Origin: the human T2T-CHM13v2.0 reference genome, Homo sapiens
DNA: 64,000 bases
Strand: one strand, 5' to 3'
NCBI RefSeq assembly: GCF_009914755.1
Contig: NC_060928.1
The notes beneath the pieces are model-generated. The model was not told the DNA's origin, did not search any database, and saw nothing but the letters and a program-made list of their open reading frames with translations. This document shows positions 18,660-32,889 of the stretch, in pieces. The translations under genes were made by a program, and so were the position numbers. Position 1 is the first letter of the stretch; each line of letters begins with the position of its first letter.

Positions 18660-19280
18660 GAGCCATGAATGATTCTGAGATTTTTGGCCAAGCAATTAAA
18701 AAACAGAGTTACCATGACTAGCATGAATATAACCATGGGAGGAGGTTGTAATGGGAATAGGGGTGGGAAGAGAGATTCAGATTCAGCTTTGGATTTTGCA
18801 TTATCGAGGAGGCAGTTTGAAATAGCAACCTGCTGTTCAGGAGAGAGGTCCTAAAGAGGTAGGCACTTAGAAGTTATGGAACTAGCTGAGATCACACAAC
18901 GGAAGATTTATGTTTAAAAAAAAATACGAAGGTAAAGGTCTAAGAATTGGAATATTTTAACATTAAGTAGTTCTGTTTATGAAAATAAACCTGCAGGGAA
19001 AATTTAAAAATAAGTGACCAGTGAGGTAGGACAAAAGCAGTAGAGTGTGACCTTGGAAGTGAAGACAATGTTTTAAAGATACAATAGTGAAGTATGATAA
19101 ATGCTTTCACAAGTAAGAAGATTCAGATTTGATTACTGAGTTTAGCAAATGTGGGTCATCAGTGATGATGACAAAGCTGTTTTCTAGGGTGCAAAAGCCT
19201 GACTCAAAGAGGTTCCAAGAAATGGGAGAAAAGCAATTTGAAACAATGAACATCCACAACGTTTTCGTGAGATTTACCCT
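18660..19280 (-). mobile_element. L2 fragment
   Basis: GATTCTGAGATTTTTGGCC..AGCAA, TTCAGGAGAGAGGTC and GGGTGCAAAAGCCTGA-type antisense L2 sequence. Confidence 0.55.
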
Positions 19281-20209
19281 AAAGAACGAAGTTCTTAACT
19301 TTAAATAGCAATTTATAGGAAAGTCTCGTACTTATTCTAATTTCAAAGTAATGATGATTATAAAAGATATTTTGCCATATTACGGTTGTGTAACATGATA
19401 AAATATTTGGTGGAAAAATCAGGATTAGACCTAATACTGTTTGTGATAGATGTTGGAATGCATAATTGAAATAAATGTGAAGTTTCAGTTAGTGAAAAAA
19501 AAGGTCAAGTTTTTTTTTCATTATTTCTTTATCCATGTATATTAAACTCTAAAATTCTGTCTATGGTTCTCTTGTATGAACTCTATATTCAGAATCCCTA
19601 CTAGAAAGGGAAATTGAGTGACAGCTGGAGGATGAAACCAGAGCAAGGTTTTTGTTTTGTTTCTTTTTTTTTTTTTCCTGGAAGAGGACATTAGCAGCTT
19701 GGATGGAAAATAACAAATTTAGAGAAATATCAAATTTGGAACAAAAACTAATCATTTGAGAGCCAAAGGTGGGAATTATTAGAACATATTCATGAGTATA
19801 TTAGGCATTCAAGTGGAGGAGTCAGCCTCAGCAGGTGCATGGGCAGTAGTAGGAAAAATGGCAAGAATATTGGACAAAGATGCAGGCTCATGGTAGCTTG
19901 TAGAATTTCTCTCCTGATTTAGTCAATTGTCTCAGTGAAATAGAAAACAACATGAATAGGGAAGAGTGCAGAGTGGAGACTGGAAAGAAGGTGTTAGAGA
20001 TTTGAAAACAGAAGAAAATTAAAAAATATTCTTTAAAGACAGTAGAAAATTGGAAGAACTAAATATAGTGTGTCAGTATTAATGAATTTACATTGGGAAA
20101 AATCTGCAGGTTTTTTTTCTGTGTTTTTCTTTAGCTAAGTTTAGCTGCTCAGAAGTCAATGCATAGTAGTTGAAGAGTTGACCTTAACCAAAGTTGTCTA
20201 TTTTTAATC

Positions 20210-20520
20210 ATCATTCAGTTATTCATACAATAAATATTCATTAAACACCTATCATATGCTGGTAATTCTAAATACTAGGAATACTGTTGTAAACAAGATG
20301 ATAAAGTCTCTGTTCTTGCAGAGATCATAAATGGTTGGGGAACAAGAGAAGTAAACATTTTAAAGTGTAATGATCAGAACACTATGCAAAATAGGTATTT
20401 ACCTATTTTAGGAATGTAAATCTCACCAAGAGGTTAGGGAAGATATTCCTAAGGTAATTAAGCTCTGAGACTAAAAGACTACATAGTCATGTTTAGTAAA
20501 AGGTAGGGAAAGAGAGTGTC
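20210..20520 (-). mobile_element. L2 3' end
   Basis: TTCATACAATAAATATTCATTAAACACCTA. Confidence 0.55.
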
Positions 20521-20889
20521 ATTAAACAGATGGAGGAAATAAAAATACTTTTGTCTATTTATTTATTTTCACTTTCCTCTGTAAGGTGCCATACTGGGTC
20601 TTTTCAGCTGCCAAAGTATGACATTTGATTTGTTTTGAAAATGTATATAGAAATATGAAAAACCTCCATCCAGTATTTATGTTTATGCAATCACTAATAT
20701 GCACAACTTTTTGCATATACTGTTCAATTGTATAAAAAATAGTTTTGCTCTCTATATATTCACCTCCCTTCCCACACACATCCGCAAATCCTCTTAGCTA
20801 ATGCTCTGGGGATGAGTAGGGCAAAGTTTCTACTTATGTGAAGTCTATAGTATAATCATGATCTAGCCCCTAGAGAAATATTTACTAGT

Positions 20890-21110
20890 TTCTATCTTCT
20901 CTGTATAGCTCTTATTACAATTTAATGTATGCCATGTTTACTAATTTATTACTAATTTTTTAATTTATATATTGTCTGCCTCCTCCCAACTACAATATAA
21001 AGAACTGAACCAAGGTGTCTCTGTTTCTGATTGTATCTCCAGTGCCTGGAACTCTCCTTCAGTTAATAAATATCTCCTTTTTAATAAATATCTATTGAAT
21101 GAATGGATGA
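20890..21110 (+). mobile_element. L2 3' end
   Basis: TGTATCTCCAGTGCCTGGAAC...AATAAATATCTATTGAATGAATG. Confidence 0.65.
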
Positions 21111-21300
21111 AATTACTCATATTTGATATTTGTGAATATAGAGTCAGCTATAGGTAAAATTATCATTCACTTCCTATTTAAGATGCAAAATTTCTTTTGT
21201 AGAAGAGTCCATAAGAAAAATAGGGAGATTACACTCAGTATCTGCTGTTATGTCTGTTTAAATTGAAAAATTGTTGTATAAGAAGTGGCTCTCTTCAGAG

Positions 21301-21375
21301 CTTCCTTGCAAGTTTGTGAGTTCAACTTCCTTGTGAGTTTGTGAGTGTAAGTTTCCTTGTGATTTTGTGAGTTCA
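21301..21375. repeat. Tandem repeat, 3 copies of about 25 bp
   Basis: Units of the form TTCCTTG(C/T)(A/G)A(G/T)TTTGTGAGT. Confidence 0.8.
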
Positions 21376-21689
21376 TGAATTTGGTTGCCTACTGTGTACC
21401 TATAAATATGTAGACAGTACTTTCTTCCAGGGATCTAAACCCACTCATTCTTAGATGGTATGACTGATGATCTATAATTTGTGCAAATAATTAAGTGGAA
21501 TTTCACAGAATCAGGGCCATTAGCTTGTACACATCAGGCTGTTGCTAATATTATCTTTGTTTCCATGATTATACTTGATATTATTCAGTATAATTTTGTT
21601 ACTAAGTTTTCTCTTGGATTTCCTCTGCAAAACTTTTTTCTCAAAATGATACACTACTTATGTTCTGACTACTAAAAATTTGTGTGCTT

Positions 21690-21822
21690 TTCTTTTTCTT
21701 TTTGCTAGATATGAGGATCTCACTGTGTTGCCCAGGCTAGTTTCGAACTCTGGAATCAAGCAATTCCGCCACTTCAGCCTCCACAGTGCTGGGGTTACAG
21801 GCATAAGCCACCATGACCAGTT
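21690..21822 (-). mobile_element. FLAM/Alu left monomer
   Basis: TGTTGCCCAGGCTAG...CAGCCTCCACAGTGCTGGGGTTACAGGC, single arm. Confidence 0.8.
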
Positions 21823-22317
21823 TGGTTGCTTTTTTTTTTCTTAACTCTAAGATAAAATGTTCTTTCTTGCTGTAGTTTACGTTGTTTTCCTATTGTCTTT
21901 ATAAGTGACTATCCCATGCCTTCCTTTTAATACTCTCAGATACGTAACAGTAATTAGTTGTTGGTTTTTTACTTGTGCATATATGCCTTGAGAGAGAAAG
22001 CAATATATCAGGGCTTAAAGTGAATTGATAAGCCAAAGTCCTATTCCTTGTCATTCTTTCTAGCTAAGAATGCTTCATAGCAAACATTGTTTAAGCTGCT
22101 TTAAAAATCTAAATATGACATCTGTAGCATGTCTGAATCTTGTAGCCACTTGAATACTTCTAAAATTCTAAATTCTAGAGAAATGAATCATCATTTAATC
22201 ATCCAATAAGAAGTACAGTGAATTGGTATGAAACCAATAGATCAAAAAATAATGGATACTTGGGGGAAAAATTATATAGCACTTACTTGCTGCAGAATAT
22301 GGTGTCCATAGCCGGGT

Positions 22318-22352
22318 ACATCATTATCATCATTATCATCATCATCATCATC
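22318..22352. repeat. (CAT)n microsatellite, imperfect
   Basis: CATCATTATCATCATTATCATCATCATCATCATC. Confidence 0.85.
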
Positions 22353-22963
22353 TTAGCAAAGGAGCTATGACACATTTGTCTATATGCCCGGGGCTTTGTG
22401 ACATTCTAATCTGTATTGTGAGACACAGATTTAGATTTTCATTCTTTTACAAACATCTCTGCTGTCAGAATCCTGACCAAGCAGCAAATAATTAAAAGAG
22501 TGACATCAGAACTGAAATGTAGTTGTTTCTCGACCAAAATTATTTATTTGGTAAGTGTAATAACACTTTAATGGATTGTATTTGAAGCTAAAATTTAAGT
22601 TTTATCTGTATCAATTATCTGTGCATTTTGAACTAAATGCACTATTTACAAAACTAATTTTTCCTGAATACGCTGAAAACTACACTAGCTTTCCAAGGTT
22701 CTGGGCTTTCTCTCAGGAAGTAATTTATTCACATATAATAAATTAGTTCATAAAATGCTCAAGTTTTGATAGAATATACCTATATATGTTTTTTAAAAGA
22801 ATATACCTGTATATGTCATTTCTACCTCTAATGGTTTTCTATTTTAAAACAAAAATTTTGCGAACACAAACAGTAAATACATATATCTAAATAAATTTGA
22901 GGAAAATAACTAATGTGTAGAGAAACCAGAACATTTAAAAATAAAAAAGACTAGAGAAGAAAG

Positions 22964-23069
22964 TAATTTTACTTTCCCTAACTTCCTTTCTTTCATATTT
23001 ATTTTTGAAATAAAATATTTTTGAATCTAAGTAAAATTTAAAGAAAGGAAGTTAGGGAAAGTAAAATTA
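22964..23069. repeat. Perfect 30-bp inverted repeat with 46-nt spacer
   Basis: TAATTTTACTTTCCCTAACTTCCTTTCTTT (22964-22993) is the exact reverse complement of 23040-23069. Confidence 0.95.
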
Positions 23070-23267
23070 ATCAAGTCAGAAATGAAGGAATCTAGAAGAG
23101 GTAATATATTAAAGATGACTGTTAAAGCACTTTTAGAATTTTAAAGAAATGTTCCTCGCTCCAGAACTATTTGACCCTCCAGCTACACAGGTTTCTTCAC
23201 ACTTATGCCACGTGCCATCGAACTGCTTTAAAGTAATGGTAAACCTAAGTGGAAAATTACTTTTTAG

Positions 23268-23634
<367 letters not shown>

Positions 23635-24408
23635 CTGCTCTTCCTTTTATCTCTTTAAATAGTATTTCTTTTTCAACTGCAAAACAAAGATCTTGCAGCA
23701 TTTCCTGGAATACTTCAAACTTGTTTTGGCTATCCATCGTTCTCTTCTCCAACCGGGCAGAAAAAAATTGCAGTTATTGAAATGTCACTTCAGACATTCC
23801 AGTCCTTTCACAAAGCCGGAAAAGTGATTAAAGGCAAATGGTAAATAAACCCTTAAAGCTTCTAAGCCGTTATGGATCCGTCTCCACAGCTTCCAATGAC
23901 TTCTGTTTGAAAGAAGCTTCAGAATAATTCCAAATCAATAATGGGCAGGGCTGCAATGAAATGATATCTTGGATTGTATTGTTTGGCTTTTCTTGCTATT
24001 TTGGAGACCCTGAAAATGAAGGACAACTAAACGTGTTCTTAGCTCCTTGTGAAAAAATGGAGTTTCATTGTTTGTTATTAAAGTGATGATATTTTTCAGG
24101 CCCGGGTCATCAGATGCAGAAAATATGTGAAATTTTCCACAATACTTTAGCCATAATAAAAGAGAAAGGACAGATTATTAGATTTTTGTTTGTAGTCAAT
24201 GCATTTGTAAATCAATTTGCGACGTTTTTAGTTTGAATACTCTTCTCACTCCAGTTAATGGCTTTCCTGATGTCATTAGAAAACTACACCTTTTTATTAT
24301 AATTATTATTACCAACTAACCACCTAAATTTCTATTGGAAAACATTAACTAGAACACATGTGGATAGCAGCTTGCTTGTCTGTGAATATCCTAAAGTGCT
24401 GGGGTAAG

Positions 24409-24423
24409 GCTGCCACCTAGTGG
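24409..24423 (-). promoter_or_regulatory. CTCF core motif
   Basis: Minus strand CCACTAGGTGGCAGC matches the CCASYAGRKGGCRS consensus and lies in non-repeat DNA. Confidence 0.65.
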
Positions 24424-26781
24424 AATAACAGCAACACTGGTGAAATAAAAGATCATCTGGTTAACGACAATAGCTATACCACGGTTTTCACATATCCTCA
24501 AGTGCTACAATTTATGAAAAAATAATAATAATTAAAAAGTAGTATTACTTATTTACCCTGAAATATTAGGGAACTTGTTTTCTTTGAGGTGTATGTGTGT
24601 GTTTGTAAGCAAAACAAGCAGGAATGTGAAAATTACGATTATTCAAGACCATGAAAATTAAACTTGTCAAGTAATAAGTAATTTTTTAACTAACAAACAA
24701 ATAAGAAAATAATATCTCTATTTTTGCTCTTGGTGTTTTCCTATTTTTCTCAAGGAGTAATATTGTTTTAAGACCCTTATATACAGTTAAGTCCAATACA
24801 GAAAAACATTGAAGAACCTCTGCCTTCCCATCTAAATCATTACATTTCCTCATCCACCTCTCAAAAGCAATTTTGTTAAAGAATAAAGGTGTTTCTTTCA
24901 GAGTCTCAAAATAAGTATGCAAGGGTGATGCCAGCTCCTTGGGTGTAAGAAATGGTTCATTCATCCTTATTTCCAGCATATATAGAACTTGGAAATTAAA
25001 AGATGTTTCAGCAAATTATTGGTACACGTTTATGTATACATGGTTTGAAATCTTTAAGAGGCTTTGTAAAATATGTGCATTGTAAAATATCATAGTACCT
25101 GCACATTTTAAGTATACAGGAATTTTATTAAGTTAGCTATATCTGTGTGATACATATAGAGAGGACAGACAAAAGACAGTATATTTCAACCCTTTAAAAA
25201 CATTAAATTTCTGGATGTTTTAATTGTACAATTTTATAAACATTACATAATTATAATATGTTATACATGATGCCATAATGATCAAAGAGCACAATGATTG
25301 TAGTGTGTAGTAAATCTTATAACGGTCTGTGGAATTTTATTTGTTTTGTTAAAATTATACCTAAAAACTGAAATAAATCACGTTTTAAGAAATTTGGGGG
25401 GTCAACTGCTTAGAAATGTCTAAGGTTATCTAGTTTTGAAAATTATTTGTGAATATTGACTCTTCTAGTCCTTTGTATTATAATATAGTTATTTTAATTA
25501 AATGATAATTTTAAAGTGGGAAAAATATTAGGCTGCTACATCTCTATGCTACCACCACATTCAATCTTTTGTAGACTCCCCAGCTTGAGAATGCCATCTC
25601 TCATTTTAGAGATTTCTACTTTGTATATGATCAAGGCCAAAATTCTTGACAAACCATGTAAGGGCTTTCATCACTTGGCTCCTACCTGCTTTAGTATCTT
25701 AAACTCCAACATTCTCCAAACCTACACACAACACAAGTCAGCTCACAGAGAGCTCTGTTTTCCAGTCAAATTGTGGAACATCTCCTACTGTATTTTGTCC
25801 TGTTGCTTCCTCTCGGACTGACAGTGCTGCCTCCTTTGTTGAGCAAAAGCCAAACTTATTGAAGAACAAAAGTAAGGGATGCTATTGTCAAATGAAAAGG
25901 AAAGTAGATTCTAACCCCGATTCCTTAGAGTTACATGGACTTTTATAAGTAATGTATCGTCATTGCATTTCAATTTCCTCAAGGTTTTAATTGTTGACTC
26001 AGGAACAATATGCTTGTGTAAAGGGGTTGGAAGAAAATAAATGCTCATTAAATGCTACACACATTGGTCTCTTACCAAAATTTGTTTTCCGAGTAACTTT
26101 CTGTGTAAAACTCTCTCTGAGCTGGTGAAACATTTTAGCAAAATGGGCCACAAATCTTTTGAGATACTTTTATTATTTACTTAAATATTTGTATATGTCT
26201 TCTTTGAAAAATATAACATTCTTAGGAGGGAGAGCCTTGAGAGTTTAATTTACTACCATATTCCTAATGGTTAGCATATATTCGATGCTTACAAAGATGA
26301 ACTGCCCTCTCCTCCACTGCTTCATAATGGTCACGGTGTCTCTTCTCTAGGTGTAAGAAGCACCTAGAAACATATTTTGGAGCATTAAAATTGGGAATAA
26401 ATTGTATTTTTAACAAAATGAATTGTAATTATATAAGAACATGTTAATAGTGGATTACAATCACAAAAAGGATTGAAAGCTTTGCTTTGCCTCTCATAAA
26501 GCTTAAAAGACGCAAATTGCAAAATTAGCCCGCAGGAACTTTGAAAACATCTCAATATACCATATTTCTGCTCTGCAGAGCTTCCAGTTTTTAATGTCTA
26601 GTAACAAATAACCTGTTATTTATACAGAACAATCATCTCACAATCTGTTCACTTGTTTTCATATAGTTACTATTTTAAGTCAGGCACTTTCCACTTCCCA
26701 AATCTTGTACCAAACTCTTACGTTTCCATAATTTTAAATCAGATATTCACGTCTAATTTCTGCCTCTCCATTGCGAATAAA

Positions 26782-27186
26782 TGTGAACCTGGGAAAGTCA
26801 ATCCTTAAAATGAATCCCAAGTGGCTGAGACTAAAGTCAAATACAACCAAATGGCTGTTTGCTGACTAGAGGTTACACACATACTCTGAATTCCCAGAAA
26901 ACCCACTACTTCTGTTTAACTTTGGGACTTTCAGAACTCACATGACCAACTAATCAGAGTGCATCTTCCTTGACCAATCATGGCTTTCCAAGTTTGGATG
27001 CTTCATTTGAATAAATGAACCTGATTGGGAACCTGGGCTGGAACTTTCTCTTTAAAAATCAAGCCCTGCTTTTTTTCTCTGGAAAGCACCTTCCTTTTAC
27101 ACCAAAGGTTTTCTTCCTGGTTTGCAAACTGTTCACAGGAATAAAGTCTTCCCTCCAAATTCTTTTTCATGGAACTTTTGTTCACA
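26782..27186 (+). mobile_element. ERV1-class solo LTR (subfamily unassigned)
   Basis: Terminal inverted TGTGAAC...GTTCACA, CCAAT boxes, and AATAAA at about 27140. No clear TSD. Confidence 0.6.
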
Positions 27187-27409
27187 CCATTAATAACCCC
27201 AGATAATATATCTAACAGAATATTTATCCTTGTTCCAGTGTGCTTTTAGTGTGTTTGTTTTCTTTCAGGCTGAAGATCTTTATTCTGACTCAGAGTCAAG
27301 TACTCTATGCAACAGGTCTTGCCATTCCAGGAGCTGGCATGAAAACAACAAACAATTTGTTATTATTAATAATTCTCTAGCTTAATGAAGAAACTAAACT
27401 GGAGAAACA

Positions 27410-27660
27410 GCTCATTAGTGTGGTTTAAGCTTGAGTTGTGGCATAAAAACAGAATTTGAACTCCAGATTCGCAAATTACTAGCTTTCTGCATTTGGTCAA
27501 ATTACTTAACTTCTGTAAGCCTCATTTTCCTCATTAATAAAATGTAAATACAAATACACTGTATATTTTGATGTTATTGTTAGAATTAAATGAGAAACAA
27601 CTATGTGGATTGTGTATAGTACAAAGTCTGAAGTGTAGTGTGTGGTATAATTGACTACAA
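27410..27660 (+). mobile_element. MIR
   Basis: GTCAAATTACTTAACTTCTGTAAGCCTCATTTTCCTCAT...AATTAAATGAG. Confidence 0.7.
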
Positions 27661-30460
27661 TATAGTGTACTACTGTTATTTACATGGTAATGAATGTTTT
27701 GATAGTGTTATTGTTTAAATATCCCTAAGTCTAAGCTTATTGAAATTTTATATTGAAAAATATGTTAAAATATGCTTTAAAAATTTTGATGACTATATCC
27801 ACTATTTCACTTGTTTAACATTAGTAATAATAGCAATTTTTAGAAACTACTAACCAACTTTATCAACAGAAGCATATTATATTACTCTACCTTCGTAACC
27901 CACACGAGATAAGCAGAGCACGTATTAATATGCTTTTAAAATAAAAGAGAAAAAAAGTGTTCAAAAAGCTGCGTATGTTATACAAAATTACAAGTAAAGA
28001 ATAGAACCAAATTTTTCTGTTGTCTAGTAACCCAAGTTATTTGGTTTTAATACTATGTATTTTTCTATTTAAAATAAAATTGAACATTTATTTATCTAAT
28101 ACTTGTTTATATAATTTCAATATATTAACTTATTTATTATCACAAAATGTAACTTAACCAATTAAGTATTTGTATTCTCTCCAGTTTAAGGGATGAGGCT
28201 CTTTAGAAATCGAGGAAAATTACCCTAGGTCATTGACCCATTATGAAGAAAATACAAGATCTGAGCCACATAGTCCAACGATAGAACTAAACTTTTCAGT
28301 ATTATGGTATACTGCTTATTATAAATCCATGGAAAGTTTATTTCCCATATTGGCATTATTTGAAATTAAAAATTAAATCATGGGACTAAAATCAAAACAT
28401 TGAATCACTGCCAATCTACAACTGAAACAAAGCAGTGATAATTTTCTAAAAATGCTCTCTTAAATTGCATGTGCAAACTATGAGTTTATGATTATGGCCC
28501 CATTTGAGAATTGCCAATTTACAGAGCTGTGGTATATACTTAAATAAAAATCTATACTTAAAAGCAGTTAAATATTATCTGCATTTACACAGTGGCAATT
28601 ACTAACTACAATAGTGTACAGTAATTCAAATGCAAATATAGGGTTATCTCAAAGTAACAAAACTAGTAAACTATGGCTTCAGTCACACATTGAATTAGAA
28701 AACAAAGAGTACAGTGAATACTCTGGAGGCATCATGCATGTGCTGTTGTCTAAAAAATAAAAAATATGGAAATGCTGTTTAATGAACTGAGGCCATTCTT
28801 TAAATCAAAAGAGTTATCATTTGGAGTTTGAATTATGCAAGTCAAAAAAGTATTCTCTCAATACATATCTGACAGAAATGAATATGCTTTATCTAATAGT
28901 CAGCAGCTCCAACTCTTATTATCCAGGGGAACTAACAGAAAGCACAAAAAAGGCAGACAGTTGCTAAATGCATATAAAAATACAGCTCTTACTCAAATTA
29001 ACTAATTTTACATTTTGAGAGTTTTAAGAGCTATCTAAGAACTTTTACTTAATGCTCACAACTACCCACTAGATTATTATTATCCCTGTTTTCTAGAAAA
29101 GAAATTCTGACTTATGGAACAATAAAATTGTTAAAATGAATAAATGCAAATATAGGGATAGACATCTAGTATATAATACATGTAAGATCGAAACTGGTAT
29201 CATGGCCGGGCACTTTTCAACCCAAAAGCAGATCTAAAATTCCCCAGCAAAGACATCCAAAAGATGATCAAAAGCAAATAAAGTAAAAGCAGAAGTGAAA
29301 GCAGGATAAATGGTACTTTTGCCTAAAATTTTCCTTGAATACAAATTCAATAAGAGATTAAAATATTGTTTTAAATTTATTTATAGGTTTTTTTATTCCC
29401 GCTTGCTTATTGTGTTTTATCTAGTCATTCAGAATATTCTAAACTCAAATAACAGAATCAGAATTCCCAGGGTAACAAAATGGGGAGAAATATAAGTTTT
29501 AATGAGAATATACTCACATATTTATATATTTTATAGGGATTATATATATTTTATGAGAATATATATGTACATATGTATGTAACAGTAAGAATAAGAAAGA
29601 AAACTTTCTTTATGTAGTTTCCTATTATGAACACTTCCCTTGGGAGAAAAAAAAACTGACATACGAGTTATTTAGAAATACATTTTTAAACATTTGTTAT
29701 TTTCTGGATACCTAATACTTAGTAGCATAACTAGGAAATCATGGCTCTATCTGTATGTTCTGCAACCATTCATTTTGAATTTTAAATTAAATTCAGTCAA
29801 AATTAATAAAGAGAAAAGTAAACAATGCATTCCAAATGTAGATAAAATAGAGCATGCATGTTGTAATTAGCACGTGTCTGCATGAAGTCTGAGATGCTGA
29901 TCTGATTAAGGGAAAAGATACTCATATGAAAGGAGATAGAGACTCCCCATCTTGATACAAGAGAATCACTACACTACTTCAAATAAGGCATGATTCTTAA
30001 TTTTCAAACAGTGAAATTGAGACCAAAGAAATAAAGTAAACTCTCAGATAATTTTGTGCCTTCTAAAAGGCTGTATAATGTTGATGAAGGGACAAAATTT
30101 TATCGACTGAAAAATGACTCAAACACAGATTCTGTAACAAGTGCGTTTTTGAATTAAAAAAATAATTAAAACTTACTGAGCCTCAGTGTGTTCATCCATA
30201 TAATGGAAACTATATTAGCTTCTGTATAGGATTGTTATATAGATTAAATAGAAACAAAAGTTATACAAACTTATAAAAAGGTCTACAAAGTAAAAAAAAA
30301 AAATCAGTATTCTTTTCTGCCTTCTTTCCTAAGAATTGAATATTCTGGGTATAAAAAAGATTGCAAAATGCTTTCTACAGACTGGTGAACCTTGACAGCG
30401 TTCTTCATGGTTGAAGTTATATAAAATTTCTAAATGGACACAATTATATATAGTTCCTGA

Positions 30461-30752
<292 letters not shown>

Positions 30753-30784
30753 CTGAGTTTTTTTCTGAAAGCAATATCACCATA

Positions 30785-31065
30785 GGCCGCGTTGGCTCGT
30801 GCCTGTAATCCCAGTGCTTTGGGAGGCCGAGGCAGATGGATCACCTGGAGGTCAGGAGTTCGAGACCAACCTGGCCAAAATGGTGAAACTCCGTCTCTAC
30901 TAAAAATACAAAAAAAAAGTAGCCAGGTGTGGTGGTAGGCCCCTGTATTCCCAGCTACTCCGGAGGCTGAGGCAGGGGAATCGCTTGAACTCGAGAGCTG
31001 GAGGTTGCACTCAGCCAAGATTGTGCCACTGCACTCCAGCCTGAGCGACAAGAGTGAAACTCCGT

Positions 31066-31066
<1 letters not shown>
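30785..31066 (+). mobile_element. AluS (Sq-like) ending in (CA)n
   Basis: GGCCGCGTTGGCTC...GCGACAAGAGTGAAACTCCGT, followed by (CA)n. Confidence 0.92.

Positions 31067-31093
<27 letters not shown>
31066..31093. repeat. (CA)n microsatellite
   Basis: About 14 uninterrupted CA units. Confidence 0.95.
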
Positions 31094-31097
<4 letters not shown>

Positions 31098-32889
31098 CCA
31101 GTTTTTTCTTCCAAAGTCTGTATAGCACTTACAGCACTTTTTATATTTAAGAAGATTTAAGCATAGTTTAATTTTATTTTAATATAGTATTTCACAGGTG
31201 CATTTGTGCAGCAATTGTATCCCTACACACTTTCTATGTCAATTTCTAAAAAGAAGAAAATAATAATAATGATAAAACAAATATATACCAAGTAACTGAG
31301 TACTTACCCCTCTCCTAGTTTATCTCATTTAATTCTCAAACCAGTCCTACAATGTTAGTATTGTAACACCGTAATTTTCAAAATCTTGAAAATCTGAACC
31401 TCATACAAATATAAAGTTAGTATGTATAAATATTTTACTCAACTCATTCATACTGGAATCAATCATATGGTAAGGCTGGTTGAAAATACATTTGAGGATT
31501 TGAACGGTTATCAGTATTTTAATAAAATAATCTTAGAGTAAGATTGGTAGGCTAGGTATGAAACTGATTAATGTGTTTAACATCCTAGAAGCTAATAAAC
31601 TGTGAATTTTGAGTACCTTTCCTATTGTAACAAAATGATTTGCATCTCTACCAAACAAAAGTTTACAAGTTAACATGAAACTTTACTAATTCTGGGACAT
31701 TAATAAATAGTAAGCAGGAAATGAACAAAGTACATTTCCTAAATAATTAAGTAGTTCACGGATGTGCTGGTACTCCTGCATAGCCACTCGTACTTTAGCC
31801 TTATTTCTGAATTTATTTAGTCTCGCTTAACACTATTATTACAGTCATCTTGAAGGTAGTTAAATTAAGTTTTAGATGGTTTTAGTCAATTGTTCAAGTT
31901 TCATGCTTTATTAGTGTTGAAGACAGGTTTGAAACAGATTGGTTTATTCATGTGTGTTTGATTTTGCTCCAGAGCCTTACTCTTACCTATAACACTTATT
32001 TTTGTAGCCTAGGTAGAACTAATTTTCTGTGTATTTTATGTTACTCTATCCCTTACACTCATCTTTTTCTTCCCAGTCTTAATATGGTTACCCCGTATTA
32101 TGCTGTCATCAACAACTAGTTATTTCCAACATGGCTTCAATGAAATAGTACAGATAGAAGTTTTTCCATGACTTTTTTGGTGAAAAAGCTGATCTTACCT
32201 GAACTCGTATGGCACTAAAATCTGACCTGAACTGATGTAAAGCTATCTAGACATTTTACTTATTTCACTTAGCATGAATTATTTATTTTGTTTTACTGTA
32301 TAACTATGTTTGTGAAGAGTACTGCTTCTAACACTAATGAATATGTCATTTAAAAGAAAAATCTGACTCAAGAACACATTCAGTCTCAGGATTTTAGGTA
32401 AAATTCCATGCCATGGTAAAGACACTGTGAACAAGAAAAAGGAATTTCCAGGTTAATTGCTCTGTGGCTTTCCAATAACTCACATTCTCAGGGAGCCTTT
32501 TTCTGATCTCTCTCTCCATCTATTTTCTTTTTGTTTTCTGTCATTTACTAATAGGTAATGTTTATTGAACTAGGACACATTACTATTCTTTACAGTTATA
32601 TTACATCAGTAAGAAATGTATACTTGGTGCATTGTTGCAACTGATGGTCTGAATAAATGAAAGAATGAAAGCAGCTTACATGATTAATCTGTTTGCATTT
32701 TTGTAAAGCCTTCAATACTGGGACTTAGAATTGTTACCCTTAGCTAAAAAAAAAAAAACACAACAACTAATTACTTTAAGTTATCTAAGAAACTCTTTCA
32801 AGTATCACACACCTAAATTAATTGCTATTTCATCTCAGTTCTATCAGTTTTTTTTTTTTTAATGACTACTGGTCACAAAATAACATGTT

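Noticed and set aside
21301-21375. CRISPR-like array
   Set aside because: Contiguous degenerate tandem units with no unique spacers, in a eukaryotic context.
27250-27320. Acceptor-like TTTTCTTTCAG and other isolated GTAAGT/YAG sites
   Set aside because: No convincing paired donor and coding frame. Such sites are frequent in AT-rich DNA.
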